From NCBI GenBank assembly GCA_051883555.1, contig JBJETY010000008.1:3885-67884 (forward strand): 64,000 nt of DNA. Reading direction: 5' to 3'. Positions 43,517 through 53,918 of this stretch are shown piece by piece. Within the stretch, counting starts at the first letter, position 1. Each line of letters opens with the position of its first letter. The position numbers and the translations under genes are program-made. Source of the stretch: Christensenellales bacterium. GTDB lineage: Bacteria > Bacillota > Clostridia > Christensenellales > CAG-917. Under the pieces are notes generated by a model. The model was given only the letters and a program-made list of their open reading frames with translations, did not search any database and was not told where the DNA came from.

Positions 43517-44716
43517 ATGCAAGGGGATACGAAAGTGAAAAAATATTTAATTATAACTGTTATTATGATATTAGCTTTTACGCTTGTAGCATTTGTAGCA
43601 TGCGATAAAGACGTAAAAGGAGGTAATGAACCAGAAAACGGCGGCGGAAATGCGGTTGAAGTTTTGGCCGACGGTGTATATGACGGCATAGAAGTGTCGG
43701 ACGGCAGAGTATGTTCTTATTCGGGAACTGAAACGGACGTAGTAATTCCTAAAGGAGTTACGGGTATTGAAAGCGGTGTGTTTTCCGGGACCGACGTTAC
43801 AAGCGTGGTAATTCCCGACGGCGTGACGTATATCGGTTCTTTCGGCAGTTGCAAATCGCTACGTAACGTAACTATTCCCGACAGCGTAACCGATATTAGT
43901 CAGAACGCTTTTAACGGCTGCGAAGTTTTAAATTTCACTGAATACGAAAACGGTAAGTATCTGAATAACCATTTAATATGTGTAATTGATAAATCGGCAA
44001 CTGAATTTAAGATAAAAGACGGCACAATGAGTATTGCGGGCGGAGCGTTCTACAATTGCGAAAGTTTAACGGGGATTGAAATTCCCGACGGAGTTAGAGG
44101 CATAGGAAGTCATGTTTTTGAAGGTTGCATAGCTCTTGAGACGGTACGGTTTCCGGATAGCGTAAAGAATATAGGAAGTTATACGTTTGACGGTTGCACA
44201 AGCTTGAAAAGCGTCAACCTTCCTGAAGGAATAAAGACGATAGGAATTAGAATGTTTATGGAATGCGAAAATCTTGAATCCATAACGATTCCGAATACTG
44301 TCACCGAAATTTACGACCTGGCATTCAGCGATTGTAGAAAGTTAAAGAATATCAGTATTCCCGATAGCGTAGAAAACATTTCGGCAAGAGCGTTTTTAAG
44401 ATGTAGCGATCTTGAGTCGGTACAATTCGGGAAGGGCGTGGAATACATCGGAGAGGAAGCGTTTATGAATTGTGCGAGTTTAACTTCGGTGAAGATCGGA
44501 GAAAGCGTAATGGGGATAAGACAATATGCGTTCCGTTATTGCTACGGATTGGAAAGGATAGAAATTCCTATAAGCGTAACTTCAATAAGCAGTAATGCAT
44601 TTGAAGCGTGTAACAATCTGACGATTTACGTCGAAGCGGAGGAGAAACCTTCGAATTGGAGCGAGAACTGGAACGCCGGCAATCGTCCCGTAGTTTGGGG
44701 ATATAAAGGCGAATGA
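43517..44716 (+). CDS. BspA-type LRR lipoprotein (tandem paralog)
   Basis: Same lipobox (VAFVAC-D), same repeat type, and C-terminal EKPSNWSENWNAGNRPVVWGY. GTG at 43535 is preceded by AAGGGGA and is an alternative start. Confidence 0.82.
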   Translation: MQGDTKVKKYLIITVIMILAFTLVAFVACDKDVKGGNEPENGGGNAVEVLADGVYDGIEVSDGRVCSYSGTETDVVIPKGVTGIESGVFSGTDVTSVVIPDGVTYIGSFGSCKSLRNVTIPDSVTDISQNAFNGCEVLNFTEYENGKYLNNHLICVIDKSATEFKIKDGTMSIAGGAFYNCESLTGIEIPDGVRGIGSHVFEGCIALETVRFPDSVKNIGSYTFDGCTSLKSVNLPEGIKTIGIRMFMECENLESITIPNTVTEIYDLAFSDCRKLKNISIPDSVENISARAFLRCSDLESVQFGKGVEYIGEEAFMNCASLTSVKIGESVMGIRQYAFRYCYGLERIEIPISVTSISSNAFEACNNLTIYVEAEEKPSNWSENWNAGNRPVVWGYKGE

Positions 44717-44919
44717 TATATCCTAGCTAATATTAAAACGCAATAACTATATAAACGGTTTTATTGATAAACGTATAAACGAATTTATAATAAGGATATA
44801 TGAATGAGTTTATAAACGTATATAAATGATTTATAAACGGATATAAATTAAATCTGCAAATTGGATATAAATTTAATCTGTAAATAAATTTATAAAACTG
44901 CGGCTTAAAACCGATACGC

Positions 44920-44951
44920 AAACGCGCCTGAATTTTCGGGTGCGTTTTTTT
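44920..44951 (+). terminator. Candidate terminator downstream of the LRR genes
   Basis: Stem AAACGCGCC / GGTGCGTTT (one G-U pair), followed by TTTTTTT. Confidence 0.6.
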
Positions 44952-45232
44952 GCCGTTTGGAATGTAGGTTTTGAAAACGGTTTGATTGTCGAAAACGGTC
45001 GATAATTTCAGGCTATTATTTTTATCGCAAAAAGTCTTTAACGCGATAAACGTCGTTAAAATCGGATAGTATTTTTTCGATGAAAAACAATGATGAATTT
45101 TGACGGCTTTTATATAGATTTGAGAAATTAAAGGGAAAACAGTCGATTTGCTAGGTCGAAAAACCGCAAAAAACAGGGAAAAAATCAATATAAAAAAAAG
45201 TAAAAATAATTTTAATTTTGTCGTAATTTTGT

Positions 45233-45261
45233 TTGACAATCTTTTAAAAATTTATTATGAT
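45233..45261 (+). promoter_or_regulatory. Sigma-A type promoter for the S10 operon
   Basis: Perfect TTGACA (45233-45238), 17-nt spacer, TATGAT (45256-45261). This implies a ~210-nt leader before rpsJ. Confidence 0.75.
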
Positions 45262-45474
45262 AGGTAAGCCTTGTATAGCAACAAGGGGTATTTCTGCGGC
45301 TAAAATGCTGAAATTCGTGTAAAATCAAACGCAAAAACAGCAAAGGAAACGGTAGTTTCCCGAAAAAAGCGTGCGACACACACGGAGTAGTGTATGAGAA
45401 GCGAAATATTCCGATTGCTATGGCTCAAAATCAAATACACACACTCAGTGTATACCAATAAACAGGAGGCTATT

Positions 45475-45783
45475 ATGGCTGGACAAAAAATCAGAATCAA
45501 GTTGAAGGCGTATGACCACAATCTTATCGATTTGTCGGCAGAAAAGATTGTCGAAACGGTTAAAAAGACGGGCACAAAGGTGTCGGGTCCTATTCCGCTT
45601 CCTACCGAAAAGGAAATCATAACGATTCTTCGTGCTACGCACAAATACAAAGATTCGAGAGAGCAATTTGAACTTAGAACACACAAGCGTTTGATCGACA
45701 TATTCAATCCTACGGCAAAAACCGTCGATTCTCTTATGAAAATCGATTTGCCTGCAGGCGTTGATATTTCTATCAAACTTTAA
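45475..45783 (+). CDS. rpsJ: 30S ribosomal protein S10
   Basis: [26 protein letters not shown]... AGGAGG SD upstream. The track ORF is extended upstream into the leader. Confidence 0.98.
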   Translation: MAGQKIRIKLKAYDHNLIDLSAEKIVETVKKTGTKVSGPIPLPTEKEIITILRATHKYKDSREQFELRTHKRLIDIFNPTAKTVDSLMKIDLPAGVDISIKL

Positions 45784-45812
45784 TAGAGATTAAGGAGGGT
45801 GAACTTTATATT

Positions 45813-46442
45813 ATGAATAAAGCAATCATCGGAAAGAAAATCGGTATGAGCCAGATATTCTCGGCTGACGGTAAAGTTATTCCTGTAACCGTCGTAGAAG
45901 CAGGCCCATGCCCAATCGTGCAAAAAAAGACGGTAGCAAACGACGGATACGACGCACTTCAAGTTGCGTTCGGCGAAGTAAAAATAGCAAGAGTAAACAA
46001 GCCGCAAGCCGGACACTTCAAGAAGGCTAATATAGAGCCAAAGCGTTATTTAAGAGAATTGAGACTCGCAGATTGTTCTGCTTACGAAGTCGGACAAACG
46101 ATTACGGCAGACGTATTTGCAGAAGGCGACCACGTTGACGTTTCGGGAACTTCAAAAGGTCACGGATTCAGCGGCGTTATTCAAAGATGGAATCAACATC
46201 GCGGACCTATGGCTCACGGCTCGGGTTATCACAGGGGCGTAGGTTCAATGTCGGCATGTTCCGACCCGTCAAGAGTTTTCAAAAACAAACACATGCCTGG
46301 TCAGTGGGGCGGTGAGAAAGTTACGGTTCAGAATCTTGCAGTTGCAAAGGTTGACGCAGCCAGAAACCTTCTCCTTATCAAAGGTGCAATACCTGGTCCT
46401 AAAGGCGGTTTGGTCATCATAAAGGATACCCTTAAGGGCTAA
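45813..46442 (+). CDS. rplC: 50S ribosomal protein L3
   Basis: [29 protein letters not shown] hallmark, S10-operon order. Confidence 0.97.
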   Translation: MNKAIIGKKIGMSQIFSADGKVIPVTVVEAGPCPIVQKKTVANDGYDALQVAFGEVKIARVNKPQAGHFKKANIEPKRYLRELRLADCSAYEVGQTITADVFAEGDHVDVSGTSKGHGFSGVIQRWNQHRGPMAHGSGYHRGVGSMSACSDPSRVFKNKHMPGQWGGEKVTVQNLAVAKVDAARNLLLIKGAIPGPKGGLVIIKDTLKG

Positions 46443-46453
46443 TGGAGGTTAAT

Positions 46454-47074
46454 ATGCAACTTAATGTTAAGGATATGAACGGTAAAGAAGTCGGACAAAT
46501 CAGTCTCGACGACGCCGTATTTAATAAAGAATATAAAGAAGCGTTGATACATCAAGTAGTTGTTGCACAACTTGCCAATCGCAGACAGGGTACGCATTCT
46601 GCTCTTACAAGACGTGAAGTAGCAGGCGGCGGCATCAAGCCTTTCCGTCAAAAGGGTACGGGTAGAGCTCGTCAAGGTTCAAGCCGTTCTCCGCAACACG
46701 TCGGCGGCGGTATAGTCTTTGCAAAGAAACCGCGTGACTTTTCACAGAAAATCAATAAGTCGATGAAGAAAGCAGCTTTCCTTTCGGCGATTTCGGAAAA
46801 AATTCGTCAAAGCGAAGTAACCGTTCTCGATAAGCTTGCTCTCAAAGAAGCAAAGACAAAACTTTTCCAGAACGTCATCAACGCATTGAAACTTGACGGT
46901 AAGGTGATATTCGTTACGGACTCTTACGACGAAACGTTGATCCGTGCGATTAAGAATATCCCGGACGCACAAGTTCAGGAAGCAAGAACGCTCAGCGTAT
47001 ACGATATCGTTGCTAACCGCAATCTTGTCTTTACAAAGAGTGCAATCGAACAGGTTGAGGAGGCAAATAAATAA
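46454..47074 (+). CDS. rplD: 50S ribosomal protein L4
   Basis: ATG preceded by GGAGG. ...RRQGTHSALTRREVAGGGIKPFRQKGTGRARQGS hallmark. Confidence 0.97.
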   Translation: MQLNVKDMNGKEVGQISLDDAVFNKEYKEALIHQVVVAQLANRRQGTHSALTRREVAGGGIKPFRQKGTGRARQGSSRSPQHVGGGIVFAKKPRDFSQKINKSMKKAAFLSAISEKIRQSEVTVLDKLALKEAKTKLFQNVINALKLDGKVIFVTDSYDETLIRAIKNIPDAQVQEARTLSVYDIVANRNLVFTKSAIEQVEEANK

Positions 47075-47364
47075 TGAACGCATACGATATTATTTTAAAG
47101 CCTATCCTTTCGGAAAAGAGTTTCGACGGAATTTCCGAAAAGAGATACACTTTCGAAGTCGCCAAAACGGCAAGCAAGACGGACATCAAAAACGCCGTTG
47201 AGCAAATCTTCAAAGTTAAGGTAGAAAAGGTTAATACAGTAAACTACGACGGCAAAGTAAAAAGAATGGGCCGTCACGAAGGAAGAACAGCTTCTTACAA
47301 GAAAGCAATTGTTCAACTCACTAAAGAGTCGAAAGCGATTGAATTCTTCGAGAGCTTGTCATAA
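47074..47364 (+). CDS. rplW: 50S ribosomal protein L23
   Basis: [10 protein letters not shown]...[19 protein letters not shown] hallmark. TAATG overlap with rplD. Confidence 0.97.
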   Translation: MNAYDIILKPILSEKSFDGISEKRYTFEVAKTASKTDIKNAVEQIFKVKVEKVNTVNYDGKVKRMGRHEGRTASYKKAIVQLTKESKAIEFFESLS

Positions 47365-47375
47365 GGAGGCATCAA

Positions 47376-48203
47376 ATGGCTATCAAGAAATATAAACCAA
47401 CTTCCCCGGGTCGCCGTTTTATGACCGTTTCGGAATTTAATGAAATCACTTCGACGAATCCAGAGCGTTCATTGCTTTCGGTCAAGAAAAAGACGGGCGG
47501 TAGAAACTCATACGGAAGAATTACGGTAAGACACATCGGCGGAGGAAACCGCATCAAATACCGTATCATAGATTTCAAACGTAATAAAGACGGTATCCCT
47601 GCAAAAGTTGCTTCGATACAATATGACCCAAACCGTTCGGCAAACATCGCATTGCTTAACTACGCCGACGGCGAAAAGCGTTATATTCTTGCTCCGTTAG
47701 GACTTAGCGTAGGCGACGTCGTACTCAGCGGTAAGGACGCAGATATTAAGGTAGGAAACACTCTTCCTCTTGAAAATATCCCTGTCGGTACTATGGTGCA
47801 CAACGTTGAACTTCATCCTAACAAGGGCGGTCAGCTTGTACGTTCGGCAGGTAATGCCGCTCAGCTTATGGCTAAGGAAGGCAGATACGCAACGTTGAGA
47901 CTTCCGAGCGGTGAAATGAGATACGTGCTTATCGGTTGCAGAGCAACAATCGGCCAGGTCGGAAACGTAGATCACGAAATCGTTGCAGTAGGTAAAGCAG
48001 GCAAGACGCGTCATATGGGCGTTCGTCCTTCTGTCCGAGGCGTTGTTATGAACCCTAACGACCACCCTCACGGCGGTGGTGAAGGTAAGTCGCCTATCGG
48101 TAAACCGTCACCTGTTACCCCTTGGGGTAAACCGACTCTCGGTTATAAGACCAGAAAGAAGAAGAATACGACTGATAAGTTTATTATCAAGCGTTGCAAC
48201 TAG
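47376..48203 (+). CDS. rplB: 50S ribosomal protein L2
   Basis: [17 protein letters not shown]... and [16 protein letters not shown]. Confidence 0.99.
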   Translation: MAIKKYKPTSPGRRFMTVSEFNEITSTNPERSLLSVKKKTGGRNSYGRITVRHIGGGNRIKYRIIDFKRNKDGIPAKVASIQYDPNRSANIALLNYADGEKRYILAPLGLSVGDVVLSGKDADIKVGNTLPLENIPVGTMVHNVELHPNKGGQLVRSAGNAAQLMAKEGRYATLRLPSGEMRYVLIGCRATIGQVGNVDHEIVAVGKAGKTRHMGVRPSVRGVVMNPNDHPHGGGEGKSPIGKPSPVTPWGKPTLGYKTRKKKNTTDKFIIKRCN

Positions 48204-48214
48204 GAGATAGAAAA

Positions 48215-48493
48215 ATGAGTAGAAGTTTGAAAAAAGGTCCTTTTGTTGACGAAAGGTTATTAAAAAGAATACAGGCTATGAACGATAGCGGCGAAAAACG
48301 TCCTGTCAAAACATGGTCTCGCTCATCAACGATATATCCTGATATGGTAGAACACACGATTGCCGTTCACAACGGACGCACGCACGTACCTGTTTATATC
48401 ACAAGCGAAATGGTCGGTTATAAACTCGGTGAATTCGCTCCGACAAGAACCTTCAAAGGTCATGCCGGTGAAAAAACAACGGGTAGAAAGTAG
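48215..48493 (+). CDS. rpsS: 30S ribosomal protein S19
   Basis: [19 protein letters not shown]... AGGAG SD upstream. The track ORF starts earlier at a TTG. Confidence 0.98.
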   Translation: MSRSLKKGPFVDERLLKRIQAMNDSGEKRPVKTWSRSSTIYPDMVEHTIAVHNGRTHVPVYITSEMVGYKLGEFAPTRTFKGHAGEKTTGRK

Positions 48494-48501
48494 GAGGAGT
48501 T

Positions 48502-48894
48502 ATGGCAACGAGAACTAAGCAGAAAACATTGCAAAGACACGCTACTGCGGATAATCGCCCTAACGCTACCGCAAAGTTCCAAAGAATTTCGGCATTCAAA
48601 GTAAGAATCGTGCTTGATATCATCAGAGGAAAAAGCGTAAACGAAGCACTTGCCATTTTGGAAAACACTCCAAAGGCTGCAAGCGAAATTTTAAAGAAAC
48701 TCGTAAATTCGGCTGCCGCTAACGCAGAAAACAACATGAACATGTCTCGTAACGATTTAATCGTCGCTGAATGTTATGCAAACGAAGGACCGACGCTCAA
48801 GAGAATTCGCGCAAGAGCACAAGGCAGAGCTTTCAGAATCAACAAACGCACATCACATATAACAGTCGTCTTGGACGCTGCATCAAATAACTAG
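48502..48894 (+). CDS. rplV: 50S ribosomal protein L22
   Basis: ...[28 protein letters not shown]... hallmark, operon order. Confidence 0.97.
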   Translation: MATRTKQKTLQRHATADNRPNATAKFQRISAFKVRIVLDIIRGKSVNEALAILENTPKAASEILKKLVNSAAANAENNMNMSRNDLIVAECYANEGPTLKRIRARAQGRAFRINKRTSHITVVLDAASNN

Positions 48895-48907
48895 GAGGAA
48901 GGATAGA

Positions 48908-49579
48908 ATGGGACAAAAAGTCGATCCGAACGGATTAAGACGCGGTGTCAACAAAAATTGGGAAAGCCATTGGTATGCTGACAAAAAAACTTTTGCTGAT
49001 AACATCGCTGAAGATAACAAAATCAGAACCTTCCTCAAAAAGAAGTTCTATAAAAACAGAATTTCAAAAATTGAAATTGAAAGAGCGGCAGACAGAATTA
49101 AAGTTAATATCTATACGGCTCAACCTGCAGTACTCATCGGTAAAGCAGGCGCAGGCGTTGAAGAAATCAAAAAGTCAGTTGCAAAAATTTGCCCTACAAA
49201 GCAAGTCAGCATCAATATTATCGAAGTTAAGCGCGCCGACGCAGACGCAACGCTTCTTGCAGAATGGATTGCCGAACAGCTCGAAGCCAGAGGTTCTTTC
49301 CGTCGTTGCATGAAGCAAGCTATAGCAAGAGCTATGAAGAGCGGCGTAAGAGGAATTAAGACCAGCGTTTCAGGAAGACTTGACGGAGCTGAAATCGCAA
49401 GATCTGAAACCTACAAAGAAGGTTCTATTCCGCTTCAGAAGATTCGTGCCGATATCGATTACGGATTTGCTACCGCACACACGATGTACGGCGCAATCGG
49501 CGTAAAATGCTGGATTTACAAGGGCGATATTTTGGGACAGAAAAAATTAAGCGATGAAGGAGGAAACGCTCAATGTTAA
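48908..49579 (+). CDS. rpsC: 30S ribosomal protein S3
   Basis: [24 protein letters not shown]... hallmark. Confidence 0.98.
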   Translation: MGQKVDPNGLRRGVNKNWESHWYADKKTFADNIAEDNKIRTFLKKKFYKNRISKIEIERAADRIKVNIYTAQPAVLIGKAGAGVEEIKKSVAKICPTKQVSINIIEVKRADADATLLAEWIAEQLEARGSFRRCMKQAIARAMKSGVRGIKTSVSGRLDGAEIARSETYKEGSIPLQKIRADIDYGFATAHTMYGAIGVKCWIYKGDILGQKKLSDEGGNAQC

Positions 49580-50004
49580 TGCCAAAGAGAGTTAAGCGTC
49601 GTCGTCAATTCCGTGGAAGAATGAAGGGCGAAGCTCATAAAGGTAATATGATAGCATACGGTGAATACGGCATTATGGCTTTGGAGCCAAGCTGGATTAC
49701 CTCCAATCAGATAGAAGCTGCTCGTGTCGCTATGACAAGATACATCCGTCGTGGCGGACAGGTTTGGGTTGATATCTTCCCTCATAAACCTGTAACAAAG
49801 AAACCTGCCGAAACTCGTATGGGTAGCGGTAAAGGTTCACCTGAATATTGGGTAGCTGTTGTTAAGCCGGGTCGCATTATGTTTGAAATTGCAGGCGTGG
49901 CTGAAGAAGTAGCAAGAGAGGCATTAAGACTTGCGGCACACAAGCTTCCTGTTAAGTGTAAGATTGTCAGCCGTGCAGAATTGGCCGAAGGCGGTGAAAA
50001 ATGA
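49573..50004 (+). CDS. rplP: 50S ribosomal protein L16
   Basis: [19 protein letters not shown]... hallmark. Overlaps the rpsC end. Confidence 0.98.
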   Translation: MLMPKRVKRRRQFRGRMKGEAHKGNMIAYGEYGIMALEPSWITSNQIEAARVAMTRYIRRGGQVWVDIFPHKPVTKKPAETRMGSGKGSPEYWVAVVKPGRIMFEIAGVAEEVAREALRLAAHKLPVKCKIVSRAELAEGGEK

Positions 50005-50210
50005 AAGCAAAGCAAGTATTTGAAATGACAGACGTTGAACTCGCTAACAAACTTAACGAGTTAAAGTCGGAATTGTTTTTCTTGAGATTTAAACACGCAA
50101 CTAATCAGCTTTCGAACCCTAAGGTTTTAACTGAAACAAGACGTGATATAGCCCGCATCAAGACGGTTATCCGTCAAAGAGAAATCAGCCGTAAGAACGG
50201 TGAGAAGTAA
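50001..50210 (+). CDS. rpmC: 50S ribosomal protein L29
   Basis: 69 aa, ...[21 protein letters not shown]... hallmark. ATGA overlap with rplP. Confidence 0.96.
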   Translation: MKAKQVFEMTDVELANKLNELKSELFFLRFKHATNQLSNPKVLTETRRDIARIKTVIRQREISRKNGEK

Positions 50211-50224
50211 GCGGGAGGTACAAG

Positions 50225-50488
50225 ATGGAAAACGAAGAAAGAAATTTAAGAAAGACCAGAGTCGGTGTTGTTATTTCCGACAAAATGGATAAAACCATTG
50301 TCGTCGCAATTAAAGAAAGAATCAATCACCCTCTCTATAAAAAGACAGTCAATCGTACGAAGAAGCTTAAAGCTCACGATGAAAAAAATGAATGTGGTAT
50401 CGGCGATAAAGTTATGGTTGCCGAAACTCGTCCGCTTTCTAAGGACAAGCATTGGAGACTTGTTCAAATCGTTGAGAAGGCTAAGTAG
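50225..50488 (+). CDS. rpsQ: 30S ribosomal protein S17
   Basis: [21 protein letters not shown]...[14 protein letters not shown] hallmark. Confidence 0.97.
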   Translation: MENEERNLRKTRVGVVISDKMDKTIVVAIKERINHPLYKKTVNRTKKLKAHDEKNECGIGDKVMVAETRPLSKDKHWRLVQIVEKAK

Positions 50489-50497
50489 GAGGGCGAT

Positions 50498-50869
50498 ATG
50501 ATACAACCACAAACTATATTAAAGGTCGCTGACAATAGCGGCGCAAAAGAAATCATGTGTATCAGAGTTTTAGGCGGTTCTTTCCGCAGAAGCGGTAATA
50601 TCGGCGATACAATCGTAGCTTCTGTTAAGGCTGCTATCCCTGGTGGCGGTAAAGTCAAAAAGGGTGACGTAGTTAAGGCGGTTATCGTCAGAAGCCATTA
50701 TGGTGTCAGACGTGAAGACGGCAGTCACATCAAATTCGATGACAATGCGGCAGTCATTATAGATAACCAAAAGCAACCGGTTGGGTCTCGTGTATTCGGA
50801 CCTATAGCAAGAGAATTGCGTGAAAAGAATTTCGATAAAATTTGTTCTCTTGCCGAAGAAGTTCTTTAG
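50498..50869 (+). CDS. rplN: 50S ribosomal protein L14
   Basis: [28 protein letters not shown] hallmark. Confidence 0.99.
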   Translation: MIQPQTILKVADNSGAKEIMCIRVLGGSFRRSGNIGDTIVASVKAAIPGGGKVKKGDVVKAVIVRSHYGVRREDGSHIKFDDNAAVIIDNQKQPVGSRVFGPIARELREKNFDKICSLAEEVL

Positions 50870-50878
50870 GAGGCAACA

Positions 50879-51757
50879 ATGGCTAGTTTGAATGTTAAAA
50901 AAGGCGATAACGTAATGGTTATTACCGGCAAGGATAAAGGTAAAAGCGGTAAGGTTTTGAAAGTTGATACCGCAAAGGGCCGTATCTACGTCGAAGGTGT
51001 AAACATTGTTTCTAAGAGCAAAAAGCCGACAAGCGCTCAGGACAAGGGCGGTATCTTGAAGAAGGAAGGCAAAATCGACGCGTCAAACGTAATGATTATT
51101 TGTCCTACTTGTAAAGAAGTCGTCAGAGTCCGCCATGCAGACGCTCCTGCCGGAAGCGCTCAGAAATCAATCAGAGTATGCGCTAAATGCGGAGCTTCGC
51201 TTGACGAAAAGAAGGCGGCAGCAAAGAAAGTCGCTGCCAAGAAAGCTCCTGCAAAGAAAGCAACTGCTCCTGCAGCAGACGTAGCTGAAGTAAAGGAAGA
51301 AAAAGCAGCCGAGGTTAAAGTAACGGCAGAAACTACTGAAAAAGCTCCTGCAAAGAAAGCTCCTGCAAAAGCAGCGGCACCAAAAGCAGCTGAAGCAAAA
51401 GCCGAAGTAAAAGAAGCAGAACCTGCAAAGAAGGCTGCTCCTAAGACGACTGCAGCTAAGGCAACTGCCGAAAAAGCAGAACCTGCAAAAAAGGCTCCTG
51501 CAAAGAAGGCGGAAGGTAGCGAAGCGGAAAAGGCTCCTGCAAAAAAGACGACTGCAACTAAGACGGCTACAGCCGACGGAGAAAAGAAAGCTCCTGCTAA
51601 AAAGGCTACAGCTTCTACAGCAGCCGCAGCCGACGGAGAAAAAGCTCCGGCAAAGAAGGCTGCAACAACAAAAACTGCAACTGCAGAAAAGACGACCGAA
51701 GCTAAAAAAGCTCCTGCAAAAAAAGCAGCGCCAAAAGCTGACGGCGAAGATAAATAG
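50879..51757 (+). CDS. rplX: 50S ribosomal protein L24 (Cys4 form) fused to a ~185-aa Ala/Lys/Pro-rich C-terminal extension
   Basis: The N-terminal ~105 aa is a typical KOW L24 (VKKGDNVMVITGKDKGKSGKV...), with CPTC...CAKC. The rest consists of APAKKA-type repeats in the same frame with no intervening stop. Confidence 0.93.
   Translation: MASLNVKKGDNVMVITGKDKGKSGKVLKVDTAKGRIYVEGVNIVSKSKKPTSAQDKGGILKKEGKIDASNVMIICPTCKEVVRVRHADAPAGSAQKSIRVCAKCGASLDEKKAAAKKVAAKKAPAKKATAPAADVAEVKEEKAAEVKVTAETTEKAPAKKAPAKAAAPKAAEAKAEVKEAEPAKKAAPKTTAAKATAEKAEPAKKAPAKKAEGSEAEKAPAKKTTATKTATADGEKKAPAKKATASTAAAADGEKAPAKKAATTKTATAEKTTEAKKAPAKKAAPKADGEDK
51208..51754 (+). repeat. Coding low-complexity repeat (APAKKA / AEKA units) within rplX
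   Basis: GCTCCTGCAAA(G/A)AA(A/G)GC recurs about 9 times. The translated APAKKA motif repeats through the tail. Confidence 0.85.
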
Positions 51758-51772
51758 TACGGAGGTATTATC

Positions 51773-52372
51773 GTGGCAGAAAAAAAGAATCAGGTTGCTA
51801 AAGCAACTGCAACCGATAAGGCGAGCGCAGACAGATACAGACTTAAAAAGGTATATACCGAAAACGCTGTACCTGCATTAAAGAAGGCATTCGCCTATGA
51901 AAATGTCAACCAAATTCCTCGTCTTGAGAAAATCGTTCTCAATATGGGTTTCGGCGACGTTAAAGATGACAGCAAGAGCTTGAATGCTGCTGTTGAAGAG
52001 TTAAAGTTAATTGCTGGTCAAAAGCCTGTCGTAACGAAGGCAAAAAAGAGCGTTGCAAACTTCAAACTCAGAGAAGGAATGAACATAGGTGCAAAAGTTA
52101 CTCTTCGCGGTAACAAAATGTATGATTTCCTTGATAAATTCATATCTATCGCACTTCCTCGTGTTCGTGACTTCCGTGGTGTGTCCGCCAAATCATTTGA
52201 TGGTAGAGGAAACTATGCTATCGGTGTTAAAGACCATTTGATTTTCCCTGAAATCTCATATGAACAGACTCAAAAATCAAGAGGATTTGACATTTGTATA
52301 GTTACAACCGCAAAAACGGACGAAGAGGCAAGAGAATTGTTAAAACAACTCGGCATGCCTTTTGCGAAGTAA
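51773..52372 (+). CDS. rplE: 50S ribosomal protein L5 (GTG start, ~20-aa N-terminal extension)
   Basis: ...[37 protein letters not shown]... hallmark. GGAGG SD before GTG 51773. Confidence 0.95.
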   Translation: MAEKKNQVAKATATDKASADRYRLKKVYTENAVPALKKAFAYENVNQIPRLEKIVLNMGFGDVKDDSKSLNAAVEELKLIAGQKPVVTKAKKSVANFKLREGMNIGAKVTLRGNKMYDFLDKFISIALPRVRDFRGVSAKSFDGRGNYAIGVKDHLIFPEISYEQTQKSRGFDICIVTTAKTDEEARELLKQLGMPFAK

Positions 52373-52384
52373 GGAGAATTAATA

Positions 52385-52570
52385 ATGGCAAAGAAATCAA
52401 TGATAAACAAACAGCAAAGACCACAGAAATTCTCAACTCGTGAATATACAAGATGTCGTATTTGCGGCAGACCTCACGCAGTTTTGAAGAAATATGGCAT
52501 ATGCAGAGTATGCTTCAGGGAACTTGCATACAAAGGTCAGATCCCTGGCGTCAGAAAGTCAAGCTGGTAA
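52385..52570 (+). CDS. rpsN: 30S ribosomal protein S14, type Z (zinc form, 61 aa)
   Basis: [38 protein letters not shown] hallmark. Confidence 0.98.
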   Translation: MAKKSMINKQQRPQKFSTREYTRCRICGRPHAVLKKYGICRVCFRELAYKGQIPGVRKSSW

Positions 52571-52580
52571 GGAGGTTAAT

Positions 52581-52979
52581 ATGGTATTCACAGACCCAAT
52601 TGCAGATATGTTGACAAGAATCAGAAACGCACAAACTGCTAAACATGAAACCGTAACTGTTCCGAGCTCAAAAGAAAAACTTGCTATCGCTGAAATTCTT
52701 TTAAAAGAAGGTTATATCAAAAACTTCGAAATTATCGAAAAGGACGTTCAGAACGATATTAAGATTACTTTAAAATATGTCGGCAAATACGAAAAAGTTA
52801 TCAACGGTTTGAAGCGTGTATCAACGCCCGGCTTGAGAATTTATGCGGGTGCAAACGAACTCCCGAAAGTCCTTAACGGACTCGGAATCGCTATCCTTTC
52901 TACTTCACAAGGTATCATTACCGATAAAGTAGCAAGAGAAAAACACATCGGCGGCGAAGTTCTCGCCTACGTGTGGTAA
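52581..52979 (+). CDS. rpsH: 30S ribosomal protein S8
   Basis: [17 protein letters not shown] start, AAGGAGG SD. The track ORF is extended upstream into rpsN. Confidence 0.98.
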   Translation: MVFTDPIADMLTRIRNAQTAKHETVTVPSSKEKLAIAEILLKEGYIKNFEIIEKDVQNDIKITLKYVGKYEKVINGLKRVSTPGLRIYAGANELPKVLNGLGIAILSTSQGIITDKVAREKHIGGEVLAYVW

Positions 52980-52990
52980 GGAGGTAGGAT

Positions 52991-53530
52991 ATGTCACGTA
53001 TTGGTAGAGCTCCTATCGAAATTCCGGCAAACGTTACGTTTGAGAACAAAGACAATCTTATTACCGTCAAAGGTCCTCTCGGAACTTTGACTCAGGAAGT
53101 TGATAAGTCCATAACCGTAAAAAGCGAAAGCGGTAAAATCTTAGTCGAAAGACACAGCGAAGACAAAGACCACCGCGCTCTTCACGGATTGTATCGTGCA
53201 ATCATAAACAATATGGTTAAAGGCGTAACTACCGGTTTTGAGAAAGCTTTGCTTGTAAACGGTGTAGGTTATAAATGCACGGTTGCAGGAAACAAACTTA
53301 CAATGAACATCGGTTTCTCTCATCCGGTTGAAGTCGTAGCTCCGGAAGGCATTAAGTTTGAATTGCCAAGTCCGCTTGAAATAGTGGTTAAGGGAATTGA
53401 CAAACAGAAAGTCGGACAAGTTGCGGCATCGATAAGAGAAATTAAGAAAGTCGAACCGTATCACGGATATGGTATTCAATATAAAGACGAAGTCGTTATC
53501 CGCAAAGTCGGTAAGGCTGCAGGTAAATAA
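52991..53530 (+). CDS. rplF: 50S ribosomal protein L6
   Basis: [16 protein letters not shown]... hallmark. Confidence 0.98.
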   Translation: MSRIGRAPIEIPANVTFENKDNLITVKGPLGTLTQEVDKSITVKSESGKILVERHSEDKDHRALHGLYRAIINNMVKGVTTGFEKALLVNGVGYKCTVAGNKLTMNIGFSHPVEVVAPEGIKFELPSPLEIVVKGIDKQKVGQVAASIREIKKVEPYHGYGIQYKDEVVIRKVGKAAGK

Positions 53531-53541
53531 GAGGTGAGACA

Positions 53542-53910
53542 ATGATAAATAAGAAAGATAAGAACGCAGACAGACTTATACGTCATAAACGCGTCAGAAA
53601 ATCAGTAAACGGCACCTCGGAAAGACCTCGTCTTAGCGTATATAGAAGTGAGAATCACATTTACGCTCAGGTCATCGACGACGTTAAAGGAGTAACGTTG
53701 GTATCTTCTTCGACGCTCGTAAAAGAAATTGCCGCACAAGCTGAAAAAATCACTAAAATCGAAGCGGCAAAATTGGTCGGTGCCGATGTCGCTAAAAAAG
53801 CTATGGCAAAAGGTATAGAATCAGTCGTTTTCGATAGAGGCGGTTACATCTATACAGGTAGAGTTGAAGCTTTGGCAGACGCTGCCAGAGAAGTCGGACT
53901 CAAATTTTAG
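53542..53910 (+). CDS. rplR: 50S ribosomal protein L18
   Basis: ...[34 protein letters not shown] hallmark. Confidence 0.98.
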   Translation: MINKKDKNADRLIRHKRVRKSVNGTSERPRLSVYRSENHIYAQVIDDVKGVTLVSSSTLVKEIAAQAEKITKIEAAKLVGADVAKKAMAKGIESVVFDRGGYIYTGRVEALADAAREVGLKF

Positions 53911-53918
53911 GAGGAAAT

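Noticed and set aside
34525-45232. Integrated mobile element, prophage or defence island
   Set aside because: I could not find an integrase, a transposase, phage genes, a tRNA attachment site or flanking direct repeats. None of the encoded proteins resembles a known defence component.
44733-45239. 168-aa minus-strand ORF between the LRR genes and rpsJ
   Set aside because: It has a TTG start lying inside the S10 promoter -35 box, a low-complexity I/F/K/Y-rich product from AT-rich repeat DNA, and no SD.
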